In this document: piece by piece, positions 15,952 through 24,573 of the stretch
Position numbering within the stretch: position 1 is the stretch's first letter
How the letters are laid out: every line of letters begins with the position of its first letter
Virus record (IMG/VR): IMGVR_UViG_3300049144_000035
Span: 1 to 46,654 of that record
Length of the DNA: 46,654 bases
Reading direction: 5' to 3' (one strand)
Source of the DNA: a virus
Taxonomy: Duplodnaviria; Caudoviricetes
Notes under the pieces: model-generated
Database searches by the model: none
What the model was told of the DNA's origin: nothing
The model's input: the letters and a program-made list of their open reading frames with translations, nothing else
Made by a program: the position numbers and the translations under genes

Positions 15952-16974
15952 GTGCGCATCCACTTCTGGACGGCCGACGAGGCAGGCTCCGGCCTGTATC
16001 GCGGGGTGCTCCCCGCGATGTCCCTCAACTGGCTCGGCCACGACACCAGCGCCAGCCCGTACCTGCCCGGCGACTGGCGGAATCAGAACCTGGACGTGGT
16101 CGTCGGCTGCCGTGTCGCCAAGCCGGAGCCGTCCCGAACGTGGCGGGAGATGCGCGACCACGGCATCCGCCTCGTGCTCGACTTGGACGACGACTACTTC
16201 CACCTCGACCCGTCCAACACGGCCGCCTACCAGCTTTGGAACGACCCCGCCCTGCGGCAGGGCCTGATCGACAACATGCAGGTGGCGCACACCGTCACCT
16301 GCTGCTCCGAGCCGCTCGCGGCCGTGCTGCGCGAGCACCACGACGACGTGCGGGTCGTCGGCAACGGCCTACCCGCCCAGTACCTGGGCGAGGCCCGCGA
16401 CTACTCCCCTGACGTGCTGTCCGTCGGATGGGCCGGCACGGCGTCGACGGTGCACGAACTGCAGGTGCCGGGCGCGGTGCGGGCGCTGAACCGGATCGCC
16501 GGCTACCAGCGCGGCAGCACGTTCGTGCGGCTCGTAGGCATCGACGCAAGCACAGCGATGGGGTGCGGGCTGCGCGGGGACCGCCTGGGCGCGCTCGGCT
16601 GGGTGGAGAACTTCGGGCACTACCTCCAGGCGGTGAAGGAGTTCGACGTGTGGGTGGCGCCCTACCGGGACATCCCCTTCAACCGGGCGAAGTTCCCGAC
16701 GAAGTACCTCGAGGCGTCGATGCTCGGCATCCCGCTGGTCGCCTCCGACATCGAGCCGTACCGGCGGGTGATCCAGCATGGGGAGAACGGGTTCCTCGTC
16801 CGCCGGGAGCACGAGTGGGGCCGCATCCTCAAGCAGCTCGCAGACGACCCGGAGCTGCGGCAACGGGTCGGCATGGCGGCGCGGGCCGAAGCCTCGGGGT
16901 CGATCCTTCAGGCGGTCAACCGGCAATGGGAGGCGGCGCTCTCTGCGCCCGCCGCAGAGAGGACAGCAGCATGA
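15952..16974 (+). CDS. Glycosyltransferase (GT-B fold, GT4-like)
   Basis: VLDLDDDYF, VGWAGT, FNRAKFPTKYLEASMLGIPLVASD, HGENGFLV, DPELRQRVG. Confidence 0.9.
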   Translation: MRIHFWTADEAGSGLYRGVLPAMSLNWLGHDTSASPYLPGDWRNQNLDVVVGCRVAKPEPSRTWREMRDHGIRLVLDLDDDYFHLDPSNTAAYQLWNDPALRQGLIDNMQVAHTVTCCSEPLAAVLREHHDDVRVVGNGLPAQYLGEARDYSPDVLSVGWAGTASTVHELQVPGAVRALNRIAGYQRGSTFVRLVGIDASTAMGCGLRGDRLGALGWVENFGHYLQAVKEFDVWVAPYRDIPFNRAKFPTKYLEASMLGIPLVASDIEPYRRVIQHGENGFLVRREHEWGRILKQLADDPELRQRVGMAARAEASGSILQAVNRQWEAALSAPAAERTAA

Positions 16975-17852
16975 TCGACGGCAAAAGAGTGGTGGCCTGG
17001 ACGCCCTACGGCCGGCGCCGGACGTACAGCATCCTCGCGAAGTACCTGCAGCGGGACGTTGAACGCGGGCTGATCGACGAAGCCTGGGCCTACATGAACA
17101 CCGACCCGCAGGGCCAGGAAGACGACATCGCCTACGCCCACGCACTCGACGAGCAGCACGACTGGTTCAAACTCGTCCACCGCCCCGACGGCATTAACCT
17201 CGGACGGCTCCCCAAGCAGCGCTACACCGGACTCGCCTACCGGTACATGACCGACCCCGACACCATCTACCTGCGCCTCGACGACGACGTCGTCTACATC
17301 CACGAAGACGCGATCAAGAACCTCGTCCGGGCCCGCATCGAGATGCCCTCCCCCGTCGCCGTGTTCCCCGTCATCATCAACAACGCGATCTGCAGCCACT
17401 TCCTCCAAGCCTGCGGGAAGATCCCCATGGAGTGGGGGCAGGTGTCCGCCTACTGCATGGACCCCACCGGCTGGGCCAACGGGCCATTCGCCGTGAAGCT
17501 GCACGAGCTGCTGCTCGACCACGTCGAGGCCGGCACGGTCGAAGACCTGTACCTCTACCAGGACTTCCCGCTGCAGCCCGGCACCCAGTTCTCCGTAAGC
17601 TGCTTCGCCAGCCTGGGCAGCATGTATGCCGACCTCCCACAAGGACCGGGGATTCTCGTGCCTGACGAGGAGGAGTCGTTCCACACGGTGCACCACCCGC
17701 TGGCCACTGGGCGCCCCAACGTCTTGAGGGGCGATGCCATTGTGTCCCATTGGTCCTTTTTCCCTCAGCATCCCTTCCTGAATGCGACGGATCTTCTCGA
17801 CAGATACCGCGTACTCGCGGAGGGTCTCTCCAACCCGGGAGGAGCCGCATGA
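16971..17852 (+). CDS. Putative glycosyltransferase (GT-A fold)
   Basis: VVAWTPYGR N-terminal strand and IYLRLDDDVVYI DxD motif; ATGA-coupled to the GT4-like gene. Confidence 0.7.
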   Translation: MIDGKRVVAWTPYGRRRTYSILAKYLQRDVERGLIDEAWAYMNTDPQGQEDDIAYAHALDEQHDWFKLVHRPDGINLGRLPKQRYTGLAYRYMTDPDTIYLRLDDDVVYIHEDAIKNLVRARIEMPSPVAVFPVIINNAICSHFLQACGKIPMEWGQVSAYCMDPTGWANGPFAVKLHELLLDHVEAGTVEDLYLYQDFPLQPGTQFSVSCFASLGSMYADLPQGPGILVPDEEESFHTVHHPLATGRPNVLRGDAIVSHWSFFPQHPFLNATDLLDRYRVLAEGLSNPGGAA

Positions 17853-18361
17853 AAGAGACAGAGTGCTGGCTGCCTGTTGTTGGCGCAGAGGGGCGCTACG
17901 AGGTCAGTAACCTGGGGCGGGTTCGAAGCCTCCTGCGAAAGGCACCGCAGGTGCTGAAGCCGTCGACTGGTACGCACGGCTACTTGACCCTCTACATCTA
18001 CGTAGACGGCAGGCGTCGGATGCGGTCGGTGCACCAGTTGGTCGCCGAGGCTTTCATAGGACCCCGCCCTGATGGCGTGGACGTTCGTCACCTCAACGGC
18101 GTAAAGGCCGACTGCCGGGCGGCCAACCTGGCGTTCGGCAGCCGCTCGCAGAACATGCTCGACGCCGTCGGCCACGGCCAGAACGTGAACTCTCAGAAGA
18201 CGCACTGCGGCGTCTGCGGCACTCCCTACGACGCTGCGAACACCTACCGTCGGCCGGACGGTGGACGCGAGTGCCGCCGCTGCGCACGGAGACGTCGAGC
18301 AGAACACGAAGCACGTACCGGGCCCCGGAAGCGGGTCCGCCACAAGAAGGCGGTGGCGTGA
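17849..18361 (+). CDS. NUMOD4-motif HNH endonuclease
   Basis: WLPVVGAEGRYEVSNLGRVRS (NUMOD4); VHQLVAEAFIG...VRHLNG...NL...QN; C-terminal THC...CRRC. Confidence 0.92.
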   Translation: MKETECWLPVVGAEGRYEVSNLGRVRSLLRKAPQVLKPSTGTHGYLTLYIYVDGRRRMRSVHQLVAEAFIGPRPDGVDVRHLNGVKADCRAANLAFGSRSQNMLDAVGHGQNVNSQKTHCGVCGTPYDAANTYRRPDGGRECRRCARRRRAEHEARTGPRKRVRHKKAVA

Positions 18362-18573
18362 TGGGCCAGCAGATCAGCGTGGAGGCGGCGCTCGACGCGT
18401 TCCGTAAGGAGTACGGCAAGGTCGCCGACGAGAACGTCCTCCTCAAAGCCCACATCAGCGAGCTGGAAGGGGAGCTGTCGCGGCTCCAGACTGCTGCTCA
18501 AGCCCCGCTGGCCGGCAAGGCAGGAACCGCGCACGCCGCCGGCGACCGGTCTGGAGCTGACGCCGCCCCCTAG
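18361..18573 (+). CDS. Small coiled-coil protein
   Basis: TGATG overlap with the HNH gene; ENVLLKAHISELEGELSRLQ. Confidence 0.65.
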   Translation: MGQQISVEAALDAFRKEYGKVADENVLLKAHISELEGELSRLQTAAQAPLAGKAGTAHAAGDRSGADAAP

Positions 18574-19469
18574 GCGACGCGTTCCATGACGCAGCGGGCG
18601 GTCAGGGTGTTCGAGGCGGACGCGGCGGCCCACTGGGCGGTGATGACGAACGCGTTCGATGCGGTGGTGTCGCGGGTGATGGTGCCGTCGCTGGAGCCGA
18701 GCTGAATGTCGCCGAGACTGCCGGTCTGGGTCGTGTTGCGCTGCTCGGCCAGCATGGTGAACCACGTGCCGGACGCCCCAGTGGAGACGCACACGAGGTC
18801 GACCTCGACGATGGACTCCTTGTTGGTCTGCGCGGTCCCGCTCAGGGTGGTCGGCCCTGCGGCAGCAAGCTGGGTCCCGGCGACGCCGCCGAGCCGGGCC
18901 CTCCAGGTGAGCTGCGCGGATGCCAGGAAGCTCACGTTGGCGATGAGGCGCGCACGGTAGGTGGCCCCGACCACGGCGTCGTTCGCGGGGATCGTGAAGG
19001 TGCCAACCACCGTTTCGGTAGTGGTGTTCGCGACCGTGGCCGCGGCGGCAGTGAGCGTGTTCTGGTAGGTGGCCGAGCCGATGACGAGGCCGGCGTTGGT
19101 GCCGGTGATAGCGAGCCGGCCCGCTGCCGCCCTGGACACGGTGACGTCGCCGCCGAAGCTGATCGTCCGTCCGGCGGCCAGGGCGAGGTTGCTGTTGTAG
19201 GTGGCGGAGCTGTTGGGGATCTCGACCCAGGACGCCGAGGCGGGCGATGTGCCGTTGGAGAAGTAGGTGCGGTAGCTGGTGTCGGACTCGGTGATGGGCT
19301 TGCCGGGGAACGGCGAGGATGGCCGCGTCGACGAGGTGACTATCTGGAAGCCGACCGCTGCGTCGATCTTGTCCAGGTTTTGGCCGATGTCCTGCGTGTA
19401 GGAGACGTCTTCGGAGCCGTCGGAGGCGGACTTGTACATGCCCAGCCGTGTGGTGGGGGTGTCAGGCAC
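18570..19469 (-). CDS. Minor tail protein / putative receptor-binding fibre
   Basis: TTRLGMYK...NLDKIDAA N-terminus, TSSTRPSSPFPG motif, T/S/A-rich beta C-terminus. Confidence 0.75.
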   Translation of the reverse strand: MPDTPTTRLGMYKSASDGSEDVSYTQDIGQNLDKIDAAVGFQIVTSSTRPSSPFPGKPITESDTSYRTYFSNGTSPASASWVEIPNSSATYNSNLALAAGRTISFGGDVTVSRAAAGRLAITGTNAGLVIGSATYQNTLTAAAATVANTTTETVVGTFTIPANDAVVGATYRARLIANVSFLASAQLTWRARLGGVAGTQLAAAGPTTLSGTAQTNKESIVEVDLVCVSTGASGTWFTMLAEQRNTTQTGSLGDIQLGSSDGTITRDTTASNAFVITAQWAAASASNTLTARCVMERVA

Positions 19470-20043
19470 GGCTTGTCTCCTTCACGGTGCGGGCGTGCGA
19501 CTCGGGGTCGACGATGATGTCCGGCTTGGTGGGGGTGGTCTCGCCGCGGAGGGCGCGCCGTGCTGAGTCGACGAGCGCCGCCTTCTGGCGTAGACCGTCG
19601 CCCGTGACGCCATGTTGTTGCCGGATGATGTCGAGTGGGTCCTGCTTCCCCTTCGGGGGCGTGATCCGGATGCGGGTCTTGGCGTCGGCGATCCGCAGCC
19701 GGTGCGCCTCGCGGGCGTCGGCGATCGTCGGCGCATTGTGGAGGCGGATCGGTTCGGCGACCTTGGCCCCAGCCCGGAGCACCGTCATGCCGGCGAGGGC
19801 GGCAGGGTCCTCACGGGCCCGTGTCGGGTCGGTGGGGTCGGCGGCCCACGGCTCGTGGAGGATGATGTCGAGAGCCTCATCGACAGTGTCCAGCCCGTAC
19901 TCGGCCATGCGCCATTCGATCGTCGACGGCGGGAAGCTGTGGGCGTGGATCGTGCCGTCGGGTTTGCGCATGGACACCATCCAGATGGGGGTGCCTTGTG
20001 CGGTGGTCGTGGCTTCGGCGCTCTCCACTTGGTAAATGTCCAT
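19462..20043 (-). CDS. Tail-region hypothetical protein
   Basis: 193-aa ORF coupled within the tail operon. Confidence 0.7.
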   Translation of the reverse strand: MDIYQVESAEATTTAQGTPIWMVSMRKPDGTIHAHSFPPSTIEWRMAEYGLDTVDEALDIILHEPWAADPTDPTRAREDPAALAGMTVLRAGAKVAEPIRLHNAPTIADAREAHRLRIADAKTRIRITPPKGKQDPLDIIRQQHGVTGDGLRQKAALVDSARRALRGETTPTKPDIIVDPESHARTVKETSRA

Positions 20044-20052
20044 GAGGTTCCC

Positions 20053-22923
20053 TTAGATCCTGAAGGCCCAGAAGTAGACGGACCAGGCGCCGCTGGCGGC
20101 GGGGCTGATGGTCACGGTGAAGCCTGTCGTCGTGCTGTCCGTGATTGCGTTCGAGTGGACGACGTCGTCGCGGATCGACACGATCGGCAGTAGCTGAGTG
20201 AGCATGGTCGGGCCGAAGCTGGCGGCCCAGCTGGAGGCGCCGCTCGTCGGCGACACCGAGCCGGTGAAGAGGCCTTCGTTGGAGTCGGCGGCGACGAAGT
20301 CCCGGTAGCGGCCGATGTGGCGGGTGAGACCACTCTCGAATTGCCAGTAGTTCGCGGTGGAGGCGGTGCCGTTGTCCCACCCGATCTTCGCTTGGCTGGC
20401 GCTTGCCGAGTACACGCCTCCATCGGTGCCGCCGGAGTTGTATCCGGCGAAGAAGCTGGCGGTCGTGTAGCGGCTGTATCCGCCGCGGCGTGCTTGGGTG
20501 TCGGCGCGGATGACGGCGATCTCGCTTGTGCCGCTGTTGAGGTAGGCGCGGGCGTAGACGTTGACGCCGCTGTCGTCGAAGACGCCGGAGTTGACGCCGA
20601 TGTTGGAGTCGGTGCCGGTGGAGGACGTGTTGATGTAGGCGTAGTTGCTGCCGCTGTTGGCGTAGAACCGCAGCTCCGGCAGTAGCGTCGATGTTGGCAT
20701 GATCTCCAGGCGGCGGCCGGAGGTGCCGGAGATGAGCTGGCCGAGGATGGAGACCGACCCGTCTGCCGCGGCGATAGCGACCGTCTGCTGACCGGCTGCA
20801 TTCCAGCATCCGATGCCGCCGGAGTTGAGTTCGACGCGGGCTCCGGTGTCGGCGGTTTTGATACGAGCACCGACGATCCAGTCTGCGCCGATCGTGCCAG
20901 CGGTGACCTTGCTGACGGTGAGGTCGGAGATGTGGGCGTCGTCGATGAGGAGCGCCGTCGCGCTTGCCGCGTCGGAGGGTCCGGACTTGTTGCCGGTCTT
21001 GTCGACTGCCACGACCCGCACGTAGCGGGTGGACGTCTCCTCTACCTGCACTGTGGCCACGGCCGGGATCTGCGCCTGGATCATCCCGGCGGTGGCGTTG
21101 ACCTTGCCCTTGAGCGTGTCGCTGCCAGGGGTGAAGTTCGGCTCGTAGGAGACGTGGATCTCCAGATGTTGGAGGTCCGACTCCAGGTTGTAGGTGCCGC
21201 CCGAGCTCTTGCCGAGCGTGTGCGTGATCTGCAGGGCGATCCGGGATCCGGCCACGGACGGGGCGGCCGGCGTGCTGGGCGGGAGGTTGTCCTCGCTGGC
21301 GACGAACGTTGCCGTGTTGGACCAGGCGCCACGGTTGCCGGCCTTGTCGACGGCCCTGATCTGCACGTCGTAGCCGACCCCAGGCGAGAGGTCGTTCAGC
21401 TGTGCCGTGGACTCACCCCAGGCGACGAACATCGTCTGCCACTGGCCGGTGGGGGCGACGAAGGGCTGCCCCCAGGTTTCCATGTCGCCCCAACTGATTT
21501 GGGAGACCTGAGTCCAGGTGGCGGGGTAGATGAGGTCGGCGTCGACGGCGTACCGGATCTCGTAGTGGTCGCCGTCCAACACGGTGCTGCCGTCGACGTT
21601 GTTGGGGGCGTTCCAGGCGAGGATGGTGCGGGCCCGGGTGTAGCCGCGCGAGTCGAGGTAGGCGCTGCCGGTGAATGGGGTGACGAATGTGGGTACGCCG
21701 GGGACGGACGTGTCTTGGCTGGGGCGGGTGCCGATGGGCTGGGCGCCGGATCCTTCGAGGGCGCGGGCGAATCCGCCGACGGTGACGTAGACGGTGTGGC
21801 TGTTGTCCCATTCGACGTGGTCGGTGAGGTCGTACCAGGTGCCGTTAGCGTCCCGGTAGGCGACGGTGTACCCCTCGGTCACGGGCCATTTGGCTTCGGT
21901 GACCTGCAGCTTGATCGGGTTGAGGCGCTCGCCACGGAAGGTGATCTCGTTGTCGGGGTCGACGAGTCCGGCGTTGGGGTCCCACACCCACACGTAGTCG
22001 CCCGGCTGGAAGCTGCCCTCGATGTAGTAGTTGTCGGTTTCGACGACGAGTTCATCTTGGCTGGTCGTGTACTGGGACAGGAGGAGCTCGGCCCGGGTGT
22101 CGGCGAGGGTGACCCCCGTGTCGGACTCGGACGCCAGCCGCGTCAGTTTCAGTGCGCCGCCGTGGATGTTCTTGTAGGGGTTCAGGCCGGGTGAGATGTC
22201 GGCGGTGCCGGTGGCGATCGACTCGCCCTCCCCCTCGGCGAGCAGCACCACGCGGGTGGTGTAGTCCTCCATGTCGCGGCTGACACCGAACGCGCCGGGC
22301 ACGGACTCCAGGCCGCTGGTGTCCTTACCTGCGGTTTTGCGGGAGATCACGCAGCGGGGGTCGGTGACGTACAGGTCGCTCTCGAAGCCGGCGTCCACCG
22401 TGCCGTCACCGTTGACTCTCCGGCCGACCTTCTGTCCCGTGGAGGCGGTGAACGTGTCGCACACGTATTGGGTGGCCTTACGGGGTGTCTCGTACTGGTG
22501 GCGGCCCGAGTACGTGCCGGGGACGTTATGGAGGGTGCCTTCGGTGACGGCGCCGGAGGCGGGCAGCAGGGCGCGAATGGCGTTGGCGAAGGTGGCGTTG
22601 TTGATCGTGACGGGTGTTTCGTAGACGTCGCCCTTGTCCTCGTCGTCGCCAAGCCAGAAGTTCATGCCCGGGCCGCCGAGCTCGTAGCCCTGCTCGATGA
22701 TTTTGGTGCGCCGGTCGTCGCCCGAGTTGTCGCGCTTACGGACGACACCGACGTAGCGAGCCGCATCGAGGAGGTTGTCGCCGTACTGGACGGGGCTGAG
22801 ACGGCCGGGGATGAACGCGACGTGCCCGAAGAAGTCGATCGCATCCCACACGTCGGGTGGGGTCGTGGACTTGAGGGTGATGTCCCAGGAGCCGAGGGCG
22901 CCGAGTACTTGGTTGACGGTCAT
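20053..22923 (-). CDS. Tail tip / central fibre protein with fibronectin-III-like repeats
   Basis: LSPGVGYDVQIRAVDKAGNRGAWS and YVRVVAVDKTGNKSGPS; ISDLTVSKVTAGTI repeat. Confidence 0.85.
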   Translation of the reverse strand: MTVNQVLGALGSWDITLKSTTPPDVWDAIDFFGHVAFIPGRLSPVQYGDNLLDAARYVGVVRKRDNSGDDRRTKIIEQGYELGGPGMNFWLGDDEDKGDVYETPVTINNATFANAIRALLPASGAVTEGTLHNVPGTYSGRHQYETPRKATQYVCDTFTASTGQKVGRRVNGDGTVDAGFESDLYVTDPRCVISRKTAGKDTSGLESVPGAFGVSRDMEDYTTRVVLLAEGEGESIATGTADISPGLNPYKNIHGGALKLTRLASESDTGVTLADTRAELLLSQYTTSQDELVVETDNYYIEGSFQPGDYVWVWDPNAGLVDPDNEITFRGERLNPIKLQVTEAKWPVTEGYTVAYRDANGTWYDLTDHVEWDNSHTVYVTVGGFARALEGSGAQPIGTRPSQDTSVPGVPTFVTPFTGSAYLDSRGYTRARTILAWNAPNNVDGSTVLDGDHYEIRYAVDADLIYPATWTQVSQISWGDMETWGQPFVAPTGQWQTMFVAWGESTAQLNDLSPGVGYDVQIRAVDKAGNRGAWSNTATFVASEDNLPPSTPAAPSVAGSRIALQITHTLGKSSGGTYNLESDLQHLEIHVSYEPNFTPGSDTLKGKVNATAGMIQAQIPAVATVQVEETSTRYVRVVAVDKTGNKSGPSDAASATALLIDDAHISDLTVSKVTAGTIGADWIVGARIKTADTGARVELNSGGIGCWNAAGQQTVAIAAADGSVSILGQLISGTSGRRLEIMPTSTLLPELRFYANSGSNYAYINTSSTGTDSNIGVNSGVFDDSGVNVYARAYLNSGTSEIAVIRADTQARRGGYSRYTTASFFAGYNSGGTDGGVYSASASQAKIGWDNGTASTANYWQFESGLTRHIGRYRDFVAADSNEGLFTGSVSPTSGASSWAASFGPTMLTQLLPIVSIRDDVVHSNAITDSTTTGFTVTISPAASGAWSVYFWAFRI

Positions 22924-22926
22924 GGG

Positions 22927-24573
22927 TCACCGCCTCACGCAGTAGATCGTCTCGGGCAGGGCGCCGATGTACTGGTTTCGCAGGTCGGTGGCTGCGTCAC
23001 CGGACGGGGTGGCGGCACGGAGGCGGATGTCGTCGCCGTACAGCAGCACCCCAGCGCCGGGCGTGCCGTTCATCGTGAACAGGACCGCGGCGAAGGCGGC
23101 CGAGGCTGGGGCCGTGAAGTTCGCGTCGTAGGGCACCCACGTGCCTGAGGCCGGCGTGCTCGAGTTCGATGACGTGGACAGGTAGGCGCCACCCGAGTCG
23201 TACCAGTTGATGTTCACCGCTGCGCCCGCGGCGAGGGTGGTGGGCGCGTAGAGCCAGCCGGATGCCCGGTAGCTCTGGCCGGTGGTGACGGGGATGTTCG
23301 GTGTTGATTGGGCGCGTGGCGCCGACCCTGCGGTGGCGGTGAGCAGCCCGGACCAGCCGCCGTATTTGGCCTGCGCGCTGGAGCGGGTGAGGGTGGCGTT
23401 TGTGGCGGTCCAGCCGGATGTGTCGGTGGCGAACGTCGGGTTCGAGTTGAGGGTGGGCTGGGAGGCGACGGCCCCAATCCAGAAGTCCAGGCTGGTCGTG
23501 GCGGCCTTCTGGATGCCGCCGTTGGTGTGCGCGGTGAACGTTCGGGCTGAGCCGATGGCGAAGCGGCTTCCGTCGGCGTCGTCGTCGGTGGCGGTGATGT
23601 AGCCGGACGCGGCGAACGACGTGTTCGTCTCCGCGGCCGACCGGTAGACGGCGAGGGTGTTCGAGGTGGTGGTCTGCAGGTAGCCCTCGACGGTGCGGGA
23701 GCCGCGTCGCAGCGTGAGGTCGAGGGTGGTCCGCCCGGGGTTCAATCCCTTGGTGAGTCGCACGATGACGTGCTCGGGGTCGTTGCGGAGCAGCGTGGCC
23801 CCGTCCCACGACGTGATCGACGAGGCGCTGCCAGAAGCGCTGACGTTCCACAGCTTGGAACGCCACGCCCCGTCGGTGTAGGCCTGCACGTCGAGCGTGC
23901 CGGACGCCCCAGGGGTGACGTTGACGAGGCCGTTCGTCAGCGCCCAGCCTGTGGCCGCCAGGGACTGGTCGACGCCGCACAGTTCCGTGCCGCTCGAGGT
24001 GAGCCGCACCCGTCCGTTCAGGTAGGAGGCGGGCGCGCATCCCCAGCGGGGGGACGCCCCGGCGGGGATGCCGCGGTACACGGTGATGGCGCCGTCGGCG
24101 CCGGTGCGGGTCATGACGGTCGCGTTGGTGGTGCCGGTCTGGTAGCCGTAGTGGCCGATCGGCGGGGCGTGCCATCTCTCCCCCGTCAGGGAGAAGTCGT
24201 TCACCCTCGCGACCCCGGTGAGGCGAGACTGGAGGTCGACCTCCGTGTCGGAGCCGAGCCTCGTCAGGCCCAGCTTCCAGTCCGAGGTGACGACATCGGT
24301 GCGCCACTCCGTGTAGTCCGCCGACACGGAATCGACGTTGACGTAAGCGTTCCGCTCCGGCTTGTCGGTGAACGTCAGCGGCATCACCGTGCCGGACTCC
24401 AAGGCGGTGATGTTGTCGTGCCGCCACACCAGCTCGCTGCGCGTCAGCGGCGGAGAGGACTCCTGCCCTTCCAGATCAAGCGTGCGCTGTGTGCTGACCG
24501 ACTCGCTTTCCTTGAACGTTTCCCGCAGCAGCAGGCGGCCGATCTTCAGGTCTCCCCAGTCACCCTGTGGCAT
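22927..24573 (-). CDS. Minor tail protein in the distal-tail position with a carbohydrate-binding-module-like insert
   Basis: Directly after the tape measure gene; NPTFATDTSGW...GQSYRASGW...INWYD...YGDDIRL resembles CBM4/9. Confidence 0.78.
   Translation of the reverse strand: MPQGDWGDLKIGRLLLRETFKESESVSTQRTLDLEGQESSPPLTRSELVWRHDNITALESGTVMPLTFTDKPERNAYVNVDSVSADYTEWRTDVVTSDWKLGLTRLGSDTEVDLQSRLTGVARVNDFSLTGERWHAPPIGHYGYQTGTTNATVMTRTGADGAITVYRGIPAGASPRWGCAPASYLNGRVRLTSSGTELCGVDQSLAATGWALTNGLVNVTPGASGTLDVQAYTDGAWRSKLWNVSASGSASSITSWDGATLLRNDPEHVIVRLTKGLNPGRTTLDLTLRRGSRTVEGYLQTTTSNTLAVYRSAAETNTSFAASGYITATDDDADGSRFAIGSARTFTAHTNGGIQKAATTSLDFWIGAVASQPTLNSNPTFATDTSGWTATNATLTRSSAQAKYGGWSGLLTATAGSAPRAQSTPNIPVTTGQSYRASGWLYAPTTLAAGAAVNINWYDSGGAYLSTSSNSSTPASGTWVPYDANFTAPASAAFAAVLFTMNGTPGAGVLLYGDDIRLRAATPSGDAATDLRNQYIGALPETIYCVRR

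Noticed and set aside
13481-18573. GT operon as a recombinase-invertible segment
   Set aside because: No inverted repeats or second lox-like site found at its borders; the right border is an overlapping stop codon
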